64,000 bases of DNA from Octopus vulgaris (Eukaryota): contig OX597828.1 of the NCBI GenBank assembly GCA_951406725.2, positions 76,198,001-76,262,000 of the forward strand. Direction: 5' to 3'. The translations under genes were made by a program, and so were the position numbers. The notes under the pieces were generated by a model, which saw only the letters and a list, made by a program, of their open reading frames with translations, was not told the DNA's origin and searched no databases. Each line of letters begins with the position of its first letter. The stretch's first letter is position 1. Below are positions 1 through 12,935 of this stretch, piece by piece.

Positions 1-159
1 GCTGTTGTTCAGCGATGGATGACGAAAGATGTTAACAAAAAGGATGGAATACAAGTAGAACGAGATGGATGTGGATACAGAAATAAAAGTCAAGCAAATG
101 AAGATGATGCGCACGTATACATGCAGAAGCATACGTACGTGCATCCATATATATCTATG

Positions 160-317
<158 letters not shown>

Positions 318-472
318 TATATATATATATATATGCACATGATATGCATATATATATATATATATATATAGATAGATAGATAGATAGACGCACATATGTA
401 TATGTATATAGATATAGATATATACGCATGTATGTATATATATTATATGTATATTATATATTATATACACGC

Positions 473-505
<33 letters not shown>

Positions 506-679
506 CACGTAGATTTTTGTTGTGTGCCCGTATATGTATATCAGTAATATAAACATGTGTATATATACTAACACATACATACATACATGTATATATATGT
601 ATATATATATATATGAAATATATATAAATATGTATATATATGTAATATGTATAATATATGTATGTATATATACATACAA

Positions 680-736
<57 letters not shown>

Positions 737-964
737 AGCAAGTATGTATATAAAGTGTTATATATACATTATGAGTGTATCAAAGATGGCTGTTATGCAA
801 GAAATCTAATTTCTCCACTCCATTCCTATGACCAACAACAACAACAACAACGGCGGCGGCGGCGACGACACTTCCCCCAACACAAAACTACTTTGATCTG
901 ATCTGTTTGGCATACGAAAGCGAAAACGTAAAACTCTCATCTTTTGATCTTCAATATTCATGAG

Positions 965-1019
<55 letters not shown>

Positions 1020-1238
1020 GAGAGAGAGAAGAGAGAGTAAAAGGGAGGCAGTGAGAATGAGTGGAAGGTAGAATTGAGATATGTAGGCGAGAGGGAGCGA
1101 ATAGGGAAAGAGAGAGAGAGGGGGGGAGCATAAAGGGATGCATTCGTTACTTTTATGGAAGACCATTGCGACGAGAAATACATCACGTCAATTAGTAGGT
1201 ACTTTTAAGGTTGGTGTTGGTGGTAGTGGTGGTACATG

Positions 1239-1322
1239 TGGCGGTGGTGCTGGTGGCGGTGGTGCTGGTGGCGGTGGTGCTGGTGGCGGTGGTGCTGGTG
1301 GCGGTGGTGCTGGTGGCGGTGT
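1239..1322. repeat. 15-bp GC-rich minisatellite (GGCGGTGGTGCTGGT)n, about 5.5 copies
   Basis: Perfect tandem units read directly from the sequence. Confidence 0.9.
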
Positions 1323-1756
1323 AAGTGGAGGTTTACTGTAAGGTGGGTGTCGGAAGGGCGGGAGACGGGGGGGAGGGGGAGGGGGAGGTGATTTTTATGT
1401 CTTCGCTTTTACTTGGATTCACACATGCATGACTTCTTCATTTGGAAGAGGCCGAGAAAGAGCGGGAACGGGGAGGAAGGGGAGAGGGAGAGGAAGAAAA
1501 AAAGTGAAGACGAAGGAAAAAGAAGAAGGAGAAGAACAAGAAGAACGATCTACAGGTTGTAGAAAATATATCAAGCGTTCGATAGAATCGATTACTACGT
1601 GTAGGCGGGGGAGGGGGTTGCTTTATATGGAATAATATATATTATTTTTATACACGCACACACATATGCATATATATTTATACGTACATGCACATACATA
1701 TGTGTGTATGTGTGTGTGTATATATGTATATATGTATACGTAATTATGTATGAGTA

Positions 1757-1802
<46 letters not shown>

Positions 1803-1852
1803 TATACACACAAACATCTACATATACTCGCGTTTGTGTGTGCTTGTATGAA

Positions 1853-1899
<47 letters not shown>

Positions 1900-1958
1900 G
1901 TGCGTATTTGTATATGTATGGGCGCACACACACACTCGCTCACACACACACACTCTCG

Positions 1959-1997
<39 letters not shown>

Positions 1998-2630
1998 ATG
2001 TAACCCATCAGCCCTATTGTTATAGATAGTATGTTAACATTGTTTATATAATTTCCTTCGCCATTTTTGACATGCACATAACTTAGAGATCAGAAACCGT
2101 TGCAATACTTCACTGATGGACGCACCATGAACTCCACCACTACCACCACCACCACCACCACCACCACCACCACTACTACTACTTCTACTACTACTACTGA
2201 CATTGTTATCACTTCTGGCACATAACACGAGCTCTATGTCATTTTTCACCAGCTTAGATCTATCTATCACTGCCAAAATCTTTATTTACAGAATGTGTGC
2301 ATGTCGTTACCATGCTATGGTCATGGTTGGAACGCTGTGATTATAAATGGATCGCTTGCAGGTCAAAACAACGACAGCCGACCGACGAACCCCGGCTCTC
2401 CATCGGTTATCCACGAGTGTTCAGTTGATTCGATCCCTGAAACAGCCTGCTCGCGAAATTAATATGCAAGTGGCTGAGTATTCCACGGACACCTAAACAT
2501 CAACGATCTTCGCTTTGCTATCTATAAGCAACAGTCACTGCCTTATCTGGTCTTCCCATTGAAACCTTTAACATCTCCCGTCATCTTCCGTATCCTGACT
2601 CAAGAAGTTGACCAATTAGAAATGGCACCC

Positions 2631-2857
2631 GGCGAGCTGGGGGAACCGTTAGCACGCCGGGCGAAATGTTTAGCGGTATTTTGTCTGCTGTTACGTTCTG
2701 AGTTCAAATTCCGCCGAGGTCGACTTTGCCTTTCATCCTTTCGGGGTCGATAAATTAAGTACCAATCACGCACTGGGGTCGATTTAATCGACTTAATCCG
2801 CTTGTCTGTCCTTGTTTGTCCCCTCTATGTTTAGCCCCTTGTGGGTAATAAAGAAAT
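2631..2857 (+). mobile_element. tRNA-derived SINE, family A (central domain resembles the Meta-SINE core)
   Basis: A-box-like GGCGAGCTGG, B-box GAGTTCAAATTCC, core GACTTTGCCTTTCATCCTTTCGGGGTCGATAAATTAAGTACC; related copies at 31370, 31659, 38882, 51270. Confidence 0.8.
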
Positions 2858-3884
2858 CAGAAATGATACCCTTTCTCCTACATATCACATTGTACTATCT
2901 TGAATAAAGAAGGCCGCGTTTAACCAGTGAGTCCTACATATCCTACAATAAAGCATTCTCAAAACAATTTGCTTATAAGTCATCCTTGTCACGGGTGACC
3001 AAGGGCTAAACAACAGCCATTCACCGTTCCGAGCACTACAAACACACTAGAATTCTAGCTCTGCCACGGAAATCATTACAATTCTACCGTGTCATCTTCA
3101 ATAGATTTTCACTGGTTTTTATTAAAGCATGCAAATAGTTTCAATAGTTTTCTATAACAAAAAGACACTCACATCCTTTCTTTTATCTAATGTAACATTT
3201 ATTTAGTTATATGTATGTGGGATATATATGTATATATATATATATATATATACATATATATCTATATATATGTATGAGTGTATATGAAAGTATGTGTGTG
3301 TCGCGTAATAGGTCAGTGTAGTTATTTGTGATGAACATCCTGTATAGACTAATAGACTAATAACAACAACAACAACCAAGTGTGTAAGTGAGCAAGCGCG
3401 TGCACACATGATATCACACAGTGCATAGCAAAGTGAAAACGTAACATAATAAAATAACTAACAACCGTGGACTTGAAGCTTTGTTGCTGGTTTAAATTAT
3501 GTTTTTGTGTTCGTGTTCACAATTCTTCATGAGGTGGGTTGGTTTGTGTTCTTATTCACGTATCTGTTGTCGGAAATGGCGACTTTAGAATCTTTCCCCT
3601 CGATAAATTCAGGGACAATGCAACCTATAATCAGCGCAGTGGGAAAGAATCACATTTCAACGCGAAATATAAACCTCTTGATGACACAACTACAAGGATC
3701 GTAGAATAATACTCATGCAAATATTGAAAACGATAGACATATTAAGAATAGTCGCTACCCATGGATTGCCTTAGAACAGTTCCTATTACTACTACTGCTA
3801 CAACCACAACAGGTCACTTTTAGGTCACTTGACCATTAAAGATAATTCCACGGGAACATCTACTACTGGGTCATACCACGCCCG

Positions 3885-3906
3885 TCTTCTTCTTTTTCTT
3901 CTTCTT

Positions 3907-3937
<31 letters not shown>

Positions 3938-4020
3938 TTATTATTATTATTATTATTTGTTCTTATTATTCTCCTCCCCTCCTCCTCATCCTCTACCTCC
4001 TTCTCATCCTTCTTTTTCTT

Positions 4021-4051
<31 letters not shown>

Positions 4052-4158
4052 TTATTATTATTATTATTATTAATATTATTATTATCATTATTATTATTCT
4101 CCTCCCCTCCTCCTCCTCCTCCACCCCTTCTCATCCTTCTTTTTCTTCTTCTTTTTTT

Positions 4159-4189
<31 letters not shown>

Positions 4190-4290
4190 TTATTATTATT
4201 ATTATCAATACTATTATCATTATTATTATTCTCCTCCCCTCCTTTTCCTCTTCCTCATCCCTCACCTCCTCTTCATCCTTCTTCTTCGTC
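3885..4290. repeat. Compound (CTT)n-(ATT)n-(CCT)n microsatellite repeated three times as a higher-order unit
   Basis: Junction strings ATTCTCCTCCCCTCC and CTTCTCATCCTTCTTTTTCTT recur about every 120-130 bp. Confidence 0.8.
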
Positions 4291-4680
4291 GTCGTCATCG
4301 TGTACTTCCTCGGCTGCTGCTGCTTAAACCGTTAAACTTTAGAACCAACCATTTCTCTGCACCCATGAACACTATTTATTCAGATATGCTACTACCTACC
4401 GAGCCTTCCCAAAAGATGAGGGGGAGAGAGAGAGAGAGAGAGGGGGGGGGAAATGCCCTACCTATTTGAAGACTATGGAAATATTTACAAAACATTTCAT
4501 TTAATGTTTTCTTCAATTTAATCATTTCTCTCGTTTTACTCTTTGTTGAAAAAGTCGAGGAGACTGGAACCGGGACCAAACTTTAAAAAATGTATTTCAT
4601 GATAAAATTATTTCAGCATTTTCTACCATGTGTTTATCTTCCTTATATATACATACATACATACATATATATATATATAT

Positions 4681-6307
4681 ATTATCAGAAAAATAAAAAG
4701 AACAAGCCAAAAAATTAACAAACTAAAATACTGCCAACAGCAACACACACATTCGACGGCTATCGCACTGCTTGAGTCCAAAAAATATAACCTCCAGCAA
4801 TGCATGAAGTCCCTAATCAATAACCAAAGATCAGCTGAGGAGAAGTGGGCCATTGAAAAAATCAAACTCAACCCCAAAGTGTTCTTTTCATTTGCGAGGA
4901 AACACAGGGTCACTGTCTCCATTGTTGGCCCTCTAATTGATGAAAATGGCACTCTCCAAGATAATGCCAAATCCATGGCCGAAATACTGCAGAAACAATA
5001 CTGCTCTGTTTTCAGCAATCCTGATATGGCCGATCTGGGCTATATCAGTGATGTCAACCCCCAACACACTATATCGGACATAACGTTTGGTGCCCCTGAT
5101 GTCTTAGCGGCGGTAAACGAAATAAAACACAATTCAGCAGTAGGCCCCGATAGGTTCCCTGCTTGTGTCCTGAAGGTGTGTCGACACCAACTTGCATCTC
5201 CCCTTGCTAATCTGTGGAGAAACTCACTGGATGCTGGCTATATTCCTAAAAACTTTCTGTCCCAGTCTGTTGTCCCAGTTTTCAAAAAGGGAAACAAGTC
5301 CCTTGCAGTGAACTACCGTCCGATCTCACTCACCTCTCATATCATCAAGGTATTTGAGAGGGTGGTGAGATCTCAAATAACCCAATTTCTGGAAAGCAAC
5401 AGACAGCTGATCTCTAACCAACATGGGTTCCGTAATGGAAGGGACTACCTAACGCAGCTCCTGCATCACTTTGATGACATTTTGAGAGCTTTGGGAGAGG
5501 GCTCCAACACCGATGTCATCTACCTTGATTTCAGCAAGGCCTTCGACAGGGTTGATCACAAGATCCTATTGAAAAAACTATCCAACATTGGTGTCTGGAA
5601 AGTTACTGAAATGGATTAAGTGTTTCCTGACAGACAGATCTCAACATGTTGTAGTTGAAGGGGTAAAATCAAGCCCAGACAAAGTTAGTAGTGGCGTTCC
5701 GCAAGGCACTGTGCTGGGCCCACTTCTTTTCATCATCTACATTAATGACATTAATGACATCATCAAGCACAGCAACATAAAATGATTCCAAGCTCCAGAA
5801 GGTCATAAATGAGGCGAGTGACCGGACATGCCTTCAGTCAGATCTACTGGCTGTTATCCAATGGGCAGAAAAAAACAATATGCTGCTGAACGCGGATAAA
5901 TTCGAGTTAATCCACTTTGGAAAAGAGGATGCCCTGAAACTCCCATACTTCCTTCCTTCAGGTGAAACTCTCGAGGCATCCAACAACATCAGCGACTTGG
6001 GAGTAGTTGTGGACAACAACATAAGCTGGGCCACTCATATAAACACCAAAGTTGACATGGCCCGCAGAATGTGTTCCAGGATTCTCAGAACTTTCCAGTC
6101 GAGAGATATCCACACCATTATCCTTCTCTTCTCCACTTTTGCCCGACCCCACATTGAATACTGTTGTCCACTGTGGTCTCCCCACACAAAACAAAGTATC
6201 ATAAAAGTTGAAGCACCTCAAAGGGCAATCACAAAAAGATAGATGGCATGACAGGCCTCGACTATTGGGGTCGACTAGAAAAGCTAAAACTTTATTCTCT
6301 ACAACGT
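4681..6307 (+). mobile_element. CR1/L2-group LINE ORF2 reverse transcriptase fragment, frameshifted and truncated at both ends
   Basis: Motifs GPDRFP, NYRPISLTSHIIKVFE, QHGFR, YLDFSKAFDRVDH, SGVPQGTVLGPLLFIIYIND, DLGVVVD, RPHIEYCCPLWSP across ORFs 4630-5619, 5588-5785, 5880-6242; YADD region deleted near 5785. Confidence 0.92.
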
Positions 6308-7297
6308 GTGTGTATATTATATATGTGTGTGCGTTGTGTATATGTGTGTGTTCTGTATGTGTGTGTGTTGTGTGTGTGTGTGTGTGTGTATATTATGTGC
6401 GTGTGTGTGTTGTGTGTGTGTATGTGTGTGACAAACAGACGCCGTCTGACCAGATGCTACGGGCACACAGACACATCTATTCACACTCACATACTCACTT
6501 CATGATAACCCCAAAATCATTGATGCTTGAAGGGAAGCCATAAACAGAACAAAACTGGGTACATTTCTCTCAATTTAACAGTTCTGCTAAAACGAACAGG
6601 TCAGTAAAAACAAACTCTCGCCTTCAATTCATAATATTCTGTACGGACTCTGAGATGTATAAAATATTCATTTTAATTTTTTCTGTCAATTTTTCAAATA
6701 TTCTCACCATACTATTGCACTTCCTTATGTCTTTAACATGTCCTTTCTACCAAAGACTGTATATATATACATGTAATGTGACAATTTGCAACAACCAATA
6801 ATTAACGCAACCAAATTTCCAATAATATATTTGTTTTATTCTTTTCTGCCAATTTTTCCAAATATTCTCATCACACTGTTGAACTCCTTTATGCCCTTAA
6901 CATATCCCTGTTACCAAACACTATATTTATACATGTAATGTGACAATTATGTAAAAAAAACTTTTTTGAATTCATAATATTCAATGTGGCAATTATGTAA
7001 AGAACTTTTTTGAATTCATAATATTCAATGTTACTTTTGACAATCTTTTTCCAAAGAGTGAAACCGGTTAAGTAAATAAACATCTTTTAAATTGCATTTT
7101 CAAACCTTCTTTCGTATATATATATATATAAGAAGTAGAAGAGAAGCGGTTTCAAAATTTACATTATTCGTTCGACAGCCATTTAATCAAGCATTCTTAG
7201 ATTACATCTTGACAAAAACTGACCATCGTCAGAAAAATATTAAACATATAAACAAGTAAGATATAATTAGATGACTAGTTCATATATACATACACAC

Positions 7298-7381
<84 letters not shown>

Positions 7382-9054
7382 CGTGCATAAATGTGTGTGT
7401 GTGTGTGCATGTATGTACGTAGATATGTATGTATGAACGGTCTAAGTTTTTCCAATATCAGAGTACGGTCTCATGGCGTCCTCTGGCACTTCACTCATTG
7501 AAAAAAATCCCCTTAAAGTCAATGGCGAATATCAACATGAGGTCGATTAATTCATGTGCTTCGGTGCTACCATCAGTGCTACAGGCCAGGCAAATATGAC
7601 ATACTTTGTGTATTTCGTTTTAATGAGACTAACCTTTAACTTACGTTGGAGATCCATATAACTGGAAAATTAATTCATCTGTCGAACGCTCATTTGCACG
7701 ATGCTTCGGAACGGCTCCGAGCCATGGTCAAAGAACGGCTCTATTGGTTTGGTCGCACACTGCCTTGTCTACAAAGTAAGGTGACGCTTGGTGGATTGTA
7801 CTGTGGCTTGTCCCGTTATGGCGAAAGATGCACAACTGAATACATGGATAGGTACTCATAAATTACTTCTTGAATTGTTATTTCATCGTTGTATATTTGA
7901 AATCCATTGCAGGAAATGTGACTCGTTTACGATCGTTTTGCTGGATGTCTCTGATAAACAGGCCTTGTCGTTCGGCTCTTGTAGGTGATGCCGTGAACTC
8001 CATGCTGGAGTCGGGTCACCTCAATCCATCAGAACGCCGAGAAAATAATAGTCAAGATCGTTAGATTACATAACTTTACAACTGACAGAAATCACATAGG
8101 AATTTCTCTATGTTCATCACGTCAGCTCAGCTGAAGTTAGTGGTATGTTTCCTAATGAAATATATCCATACCATTCTAAGGTATACACCTGTACATCACG
8201 ACAAGCCCCTTATTTGTACGTTATCTTTCGATGTACCAAAGTGAGCTGAAATTTTGAAATGTGCGATGTTGTCTTGTAAAAACTGTCGCTTTTGTTTTAT
8301 CCAGTTTTAAGTGTCTTCGCCATAACATAATTTGTAAACAATATCACCTTATCCTATTTTCTCTCTGTTATCCGTCATCTTAGGACTTCGTTTAAATCTA
8401 CATATATTTCATTTCTTTCTGTCGTTAATTCTTCCTCTACCTCTGTCCCTCACGTCCAGGCAATGAATTCGTATGCCTATTTTTCTGCCCTTTCTACTGT
8501 AGACTCTATTCACAAAACGTTGTTCGTATCCACTTACAAACAACATCTGAGCGATGTTATTTATTTTTCTATGAGGTTTACTTGTGCACGCTCGACGTAT
8601 CTTGTCATGGATTGAACGACATCCTTTATTGTAACATAATGTTTCAGGGTTTGTAACTTTTCAGAATATGGGCAGTCAAATATATTTTTCTACGCAGAAG
8701 GATGTATTTGACCGTGTGCCCATCACCATCAAACCTATAAACAAGTTACCATCGACTGGATCGAAACACTTACTCCTGCGCTTATAGCTTATTGATGTGT
8801 TTTGTTTCTCTTTTTTCTCTGACGAGATGATTACATTGTTTTACATCATTTTATTCCCTCAAGAATAATACCAATGATTTCTTCGAAACATATGTCGGAA
8901 GTATAAAGATTTGAAGAACACTTTCATTTTACTCCGTTTCTTAAAGTTATCGATGTTACTTAAAAATATTCCACTAAGCCCTGGAATTGCTACCTCTATA
9001 AGTTGGCTGTACACATTGAAAAACTATACATACGTTTCTATAAATATATATATA

Positions 9055-9451
9055 CTAGCAGTATCGCCCGGCGTTGCTCGGGTTTGTAAGGGAAATAACT
9101 ATATAAGCATTTTTAGAGAGTTATAGCCAAAAAATAGCAAAAAAAATGCATTAAAAATTGAAAAAAAATTAAGGTAAATTTTTTTTTAAATCGTTGACAC
9201 ATCGTAGATATTTTTAGAGAGTTACTTCCCTTATATAAAAGCGAAAAAATGCATTAAAATGGAAAAAATATGATGGTAATTTTTTTTTAAATCGTAGACT
9301 CATCGTAGACGCGCGCTAATACCCAGAAGGGCTCGATATGAATCACGACTATAGGATACCCACTTTTGGTTAAACTGCACCGCAAAAGGTGGGAGTAGTT
9401 ACGAATCTAAATCGAAGGAGACAGACACACAACTTCACTCTTATATAAAGA
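9055..9451 (-). mobile_element. Non-autonomous Helitron
   Basis: On the minus strand begins TC(TTTATATAAG), ends with hairpin CCCGAGCAACGCCGGG then CTAG; sits between A and T with no TSD; internal imperfect direct repeats. Confidence 0.85.
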
Positions 9452-10713
9452 TGCTTTTTTTTTCAGTCATAGAGTTAGATTTATGAAGGTCTTCAGTAGA
9501 AAAATCCTTCGAATTCTGACTCGCTGCTTGATATAATGAAATTCGTATCCATTTTTTGTCAGAATTACAAATTTTGAAAACACAATAGGAACAAATTTCG
9601 GAAAAAAAATCTCCCATAATTCACGGAATTAAAATTACACTTCGATTTTTGTACAAAACTGTAGTTGAAGTGTTTACGAAGTATAATACGTGTTTTCACG
9701 AATGTACTAAAGAGATTTACTCTGATATTCTCATTTAAATATGAATAGGTAAATTCGGGCGGTTTGGTAACGAAAGGGTTAAACGGATGCATACATTTAT
9801 TAATAACTATATATAAGTGTCGTCTGTTTATACATAAACACTGTTTCATACTGCAATTATATATACATATATCTATATATAATATTATATAATAAAATAT
9901 ATACAGAGTAAAATAAAAACCAATTTACCTTTTCTGTATTGTTATGGCAATTCCACCGTCCGTGTGTCTTTGCAAATGTGTTGGAATGATAAGTGAGTTG
10001 TGTTTTGGCGCCTTTTTTACTAATAACAAACACACACGTGTTTGTATGTAGTTGTTTGAAACGTTTGTGTTTGCCACTCTCATATATGTATGTGTATGCG
10101 TGTGTGAGGAATGACACACACACACTCACGCACGCACACATGTACATCAATGCTTTCGGAGTGAAATGTTAAAATATTGAGTTTTCTCGAATTTTGTCTT
10201 AATTGGTGGTAAAATTGAAAGAAATTTTTTATGGCATCACCCACTGGAAGTACTCTGAAAAATCATGGGTAAACTCTAATTGAACAAATTGTGTGAGGAG
10301 TAAATCGTTATGTATTTATTTGTTTCTGTTTGCTGTTTTTTTTTTTTTTAGTAGTGGTTTAAGGTACACTTCTCTCGTTTTATCGAATTAGTTTCACTTT
10401 AATCGCTGCAAACTTGCAATGAGAAAGTCGCAGAAATGAGTGATAGCGTGAGTGAATGAGATCACTCCCTTTTTGTGTGTGTGTGTGTGTGTGCGAGTGC
10501 TGTAGCCCATATTAAGAGAAGCATTTGACTCATACACCACAATGTGAGTTTTCTGTAAATTTTGCTTAATTGGGGTTGAAATTTTAAAAACTGGGCCTGG
10601 CTTGACCCGATTCATTCTACTCTTAAAAATGCTAGGTAAATTGTAATTGAAGAAATCCTATATTGTAGATTTCTATAACTGACAAAGGGAGGCAGATAAA
10701 ATCTGCCTTTTAT

Positions 10714-10757
<44 letters not shown>

Positions 10758-10759
10758 AT

Positions 10760-10813
<54 letters not shown>

Positions 10814-11936
10814 AAATGTGTGTTTGAATATCTATCTATATATATATACATAGATAGATAGATATTCATACACATACAAACACAAACACATTTGTAATTA
10901 CATATACAATATACATACAAATACTTGTACACACACACAAAACCACCAACACACACATACACACATACTTTCAAATAAATGTTCTCATTTGCTTTGTCTG
11001 TTTTACTTGTTTTTGTCCGTGCCTCATTCCGGATTTCCTTCCTTCATTCTTCTCTCTCTCTCACCCACTCCACCCCGCTTCCCCACCCCTTATCTTACAT
11101 TGGCGCTACTTTATTTACATGAAGTGTTTCTCTGTCTCGACCATTGCCTAGCTATATCTTAACAGTTACGCCATGTCTTGCTTTGAAACGTAACTGTCAG
11201 CTTTATCGTAGTTAAAGGTTTATCGCCAGCTAAAGCAGAAAGATTAAATCTTCCTTAGCGAATTTTTTTCCCAAGTCAATGTAAATCTAGACTACACTAG
11301 ACTGTTGTAATCGTTTGGATTTCATTACAACGAAACGAAGAAAATATTTATTACAGTCAGTTTGAATATAAATTTCTGAAGCTTTGCGCATTTATCAAGA
11401 CAGTGTAAGCTCCTGCAGAACATTTATTTGAGACGTTAATCTTCTAAACTATGATACCACTGAAACAACGTCCACCGGTGTACGGGAATACGCAAATATA
11501 GAAATATAATTTTAAGCAGTTCTCGAAAATAAAAGCCACGTAGTTAATACAATTGAACACATATTTAGACAAAAGAGTTAGATACGTAAAGTACTTGTCT
11601 CGAGGTTCAAAATCTCACCCTATTAAAACACCGAAACTTGATCTATAAATAACAGCAAAATCTCTTTAGGGTAAATCCTATGGTCTGCGATTTTACCAGA
11701 TAAAATCCGTTTCAAATATTGCGTCCGTCCCCCAGTTCCCACTGAATCAGTTACAGATATTTTCTTCGTTTTTCATGAGCAGATGTTGACCCAGATGCAA
11801 ACATTGCGCATAAGGTTAAACTGGCTGTTTGAGTACTTCGTGTGTAACTACGTGGATTCGGATCAATTCCACAATGTGACACCTAGGTCATGAGTCAGTT
11901 TACAAAACATTCTTTCTACTAAGGTTTTGTGAAGAC

Positions 11937-11970
<34 letters not shown>

Positions 11971-12137
11971 CGGAGATGTACTCGCATAACAAGATGCAGC
12001 ACGGACTTTGTCAGTGAACAGGTTGCGGATTTTAGCGACGAAAATATTTTGACAAATTAAACTTAAATGTTGAAGTGAATCGAACGGCTTTTGTGTGTTT
12101 CTTAAATGGCTTATAAACACCTTCCACGCTGCAATTG

Positions 12138-12180
<43 letters not shown>

Positions 12181-12254
12181 TAAGGAAAAATTTTTTTAAA
12201 AATGCAGAATGCTCAAATGAAAGAAAATTTTAATAAAATATATAAATATATATT

Positions 12255-12295
12255 TATTCAACCGGTTTTCGTCATTGTATGACTTGTCAAGAATA
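12255..12295 (-). ncRNA. Putative minimal hammerhead ribozyme variant in the Penelope 3' region
   Basis: Minus strand: UAUUC-UUGACAA-GUCAU(ACA)AUGAC-GAAAACCGGUU-GAAUA; U3/A8 covariant core, 5-bp stems I and II, palindromic stem III; register ambiguous by one A. Confidence 0.5.
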
Positions 12296-12935
12296 TTTAT
12301 GTTTTAAGAAGTTTTTTTAAAAATTAGAAAGGGGAAAAAAAGAAAATTGCATTGTTTTTTGTAAAAGAATAATGATAAAAATGTGCAAAAATAAAAAAAT
12401 AAAAAAATAAGTTCTCCGATACATTGTGAGTTCGTTGTGTATCTTGAGTTTTATGGTTGTTTACCAAAAAATTACCTTGAGGTGTTAAGATCCAAAGGGA
12501 TTAAGAGCATGTGATGTGTTGTGTTGTTAAATTCAGCATGTTGCAGGACAGGAAGTAGTAGTAATTGTGGTCCTGGTTCTTCAGTTCCTGTGTTGTGAGT
12601 AAGGGGAGACAACTCTTTTGAGTTCTTCAATAAAACCCAAATTATAAAACTATCATTTTAGCTTCATTTGCATTATCTTTTTTATATAATTGCTTGTTAA
12701 CTTAACTTTCAGATTTTAACACTTTATTTATATTATTTTCTAATAATATAAAACTGCATAGACAATTGCATTTCAAATTGTCATATCATTTATAATAAAA
12801 ATAATAGTAATAACAACAATAGTGAAAATGATATTTAAAGAATATAAGTTTTAGCTTGAAGTGATGAATGCATGGTATCTTTATATATTTGTGTTAGTCC
12901 ATCCATGAAGAGTGAGGTAGAGAAAGGAAGTTTGA

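Noticed and set aside
1138-1341. Gly-rich ORF (GGGAG)n
   Set aside because: Explained by a 15-bp minisatellite; no splice or homology support
7470-8800. Complex non-microsatellite sequence, possible exon or old TE
   Set aside because: No recognisable motif in the available ORFs; needs a homology search
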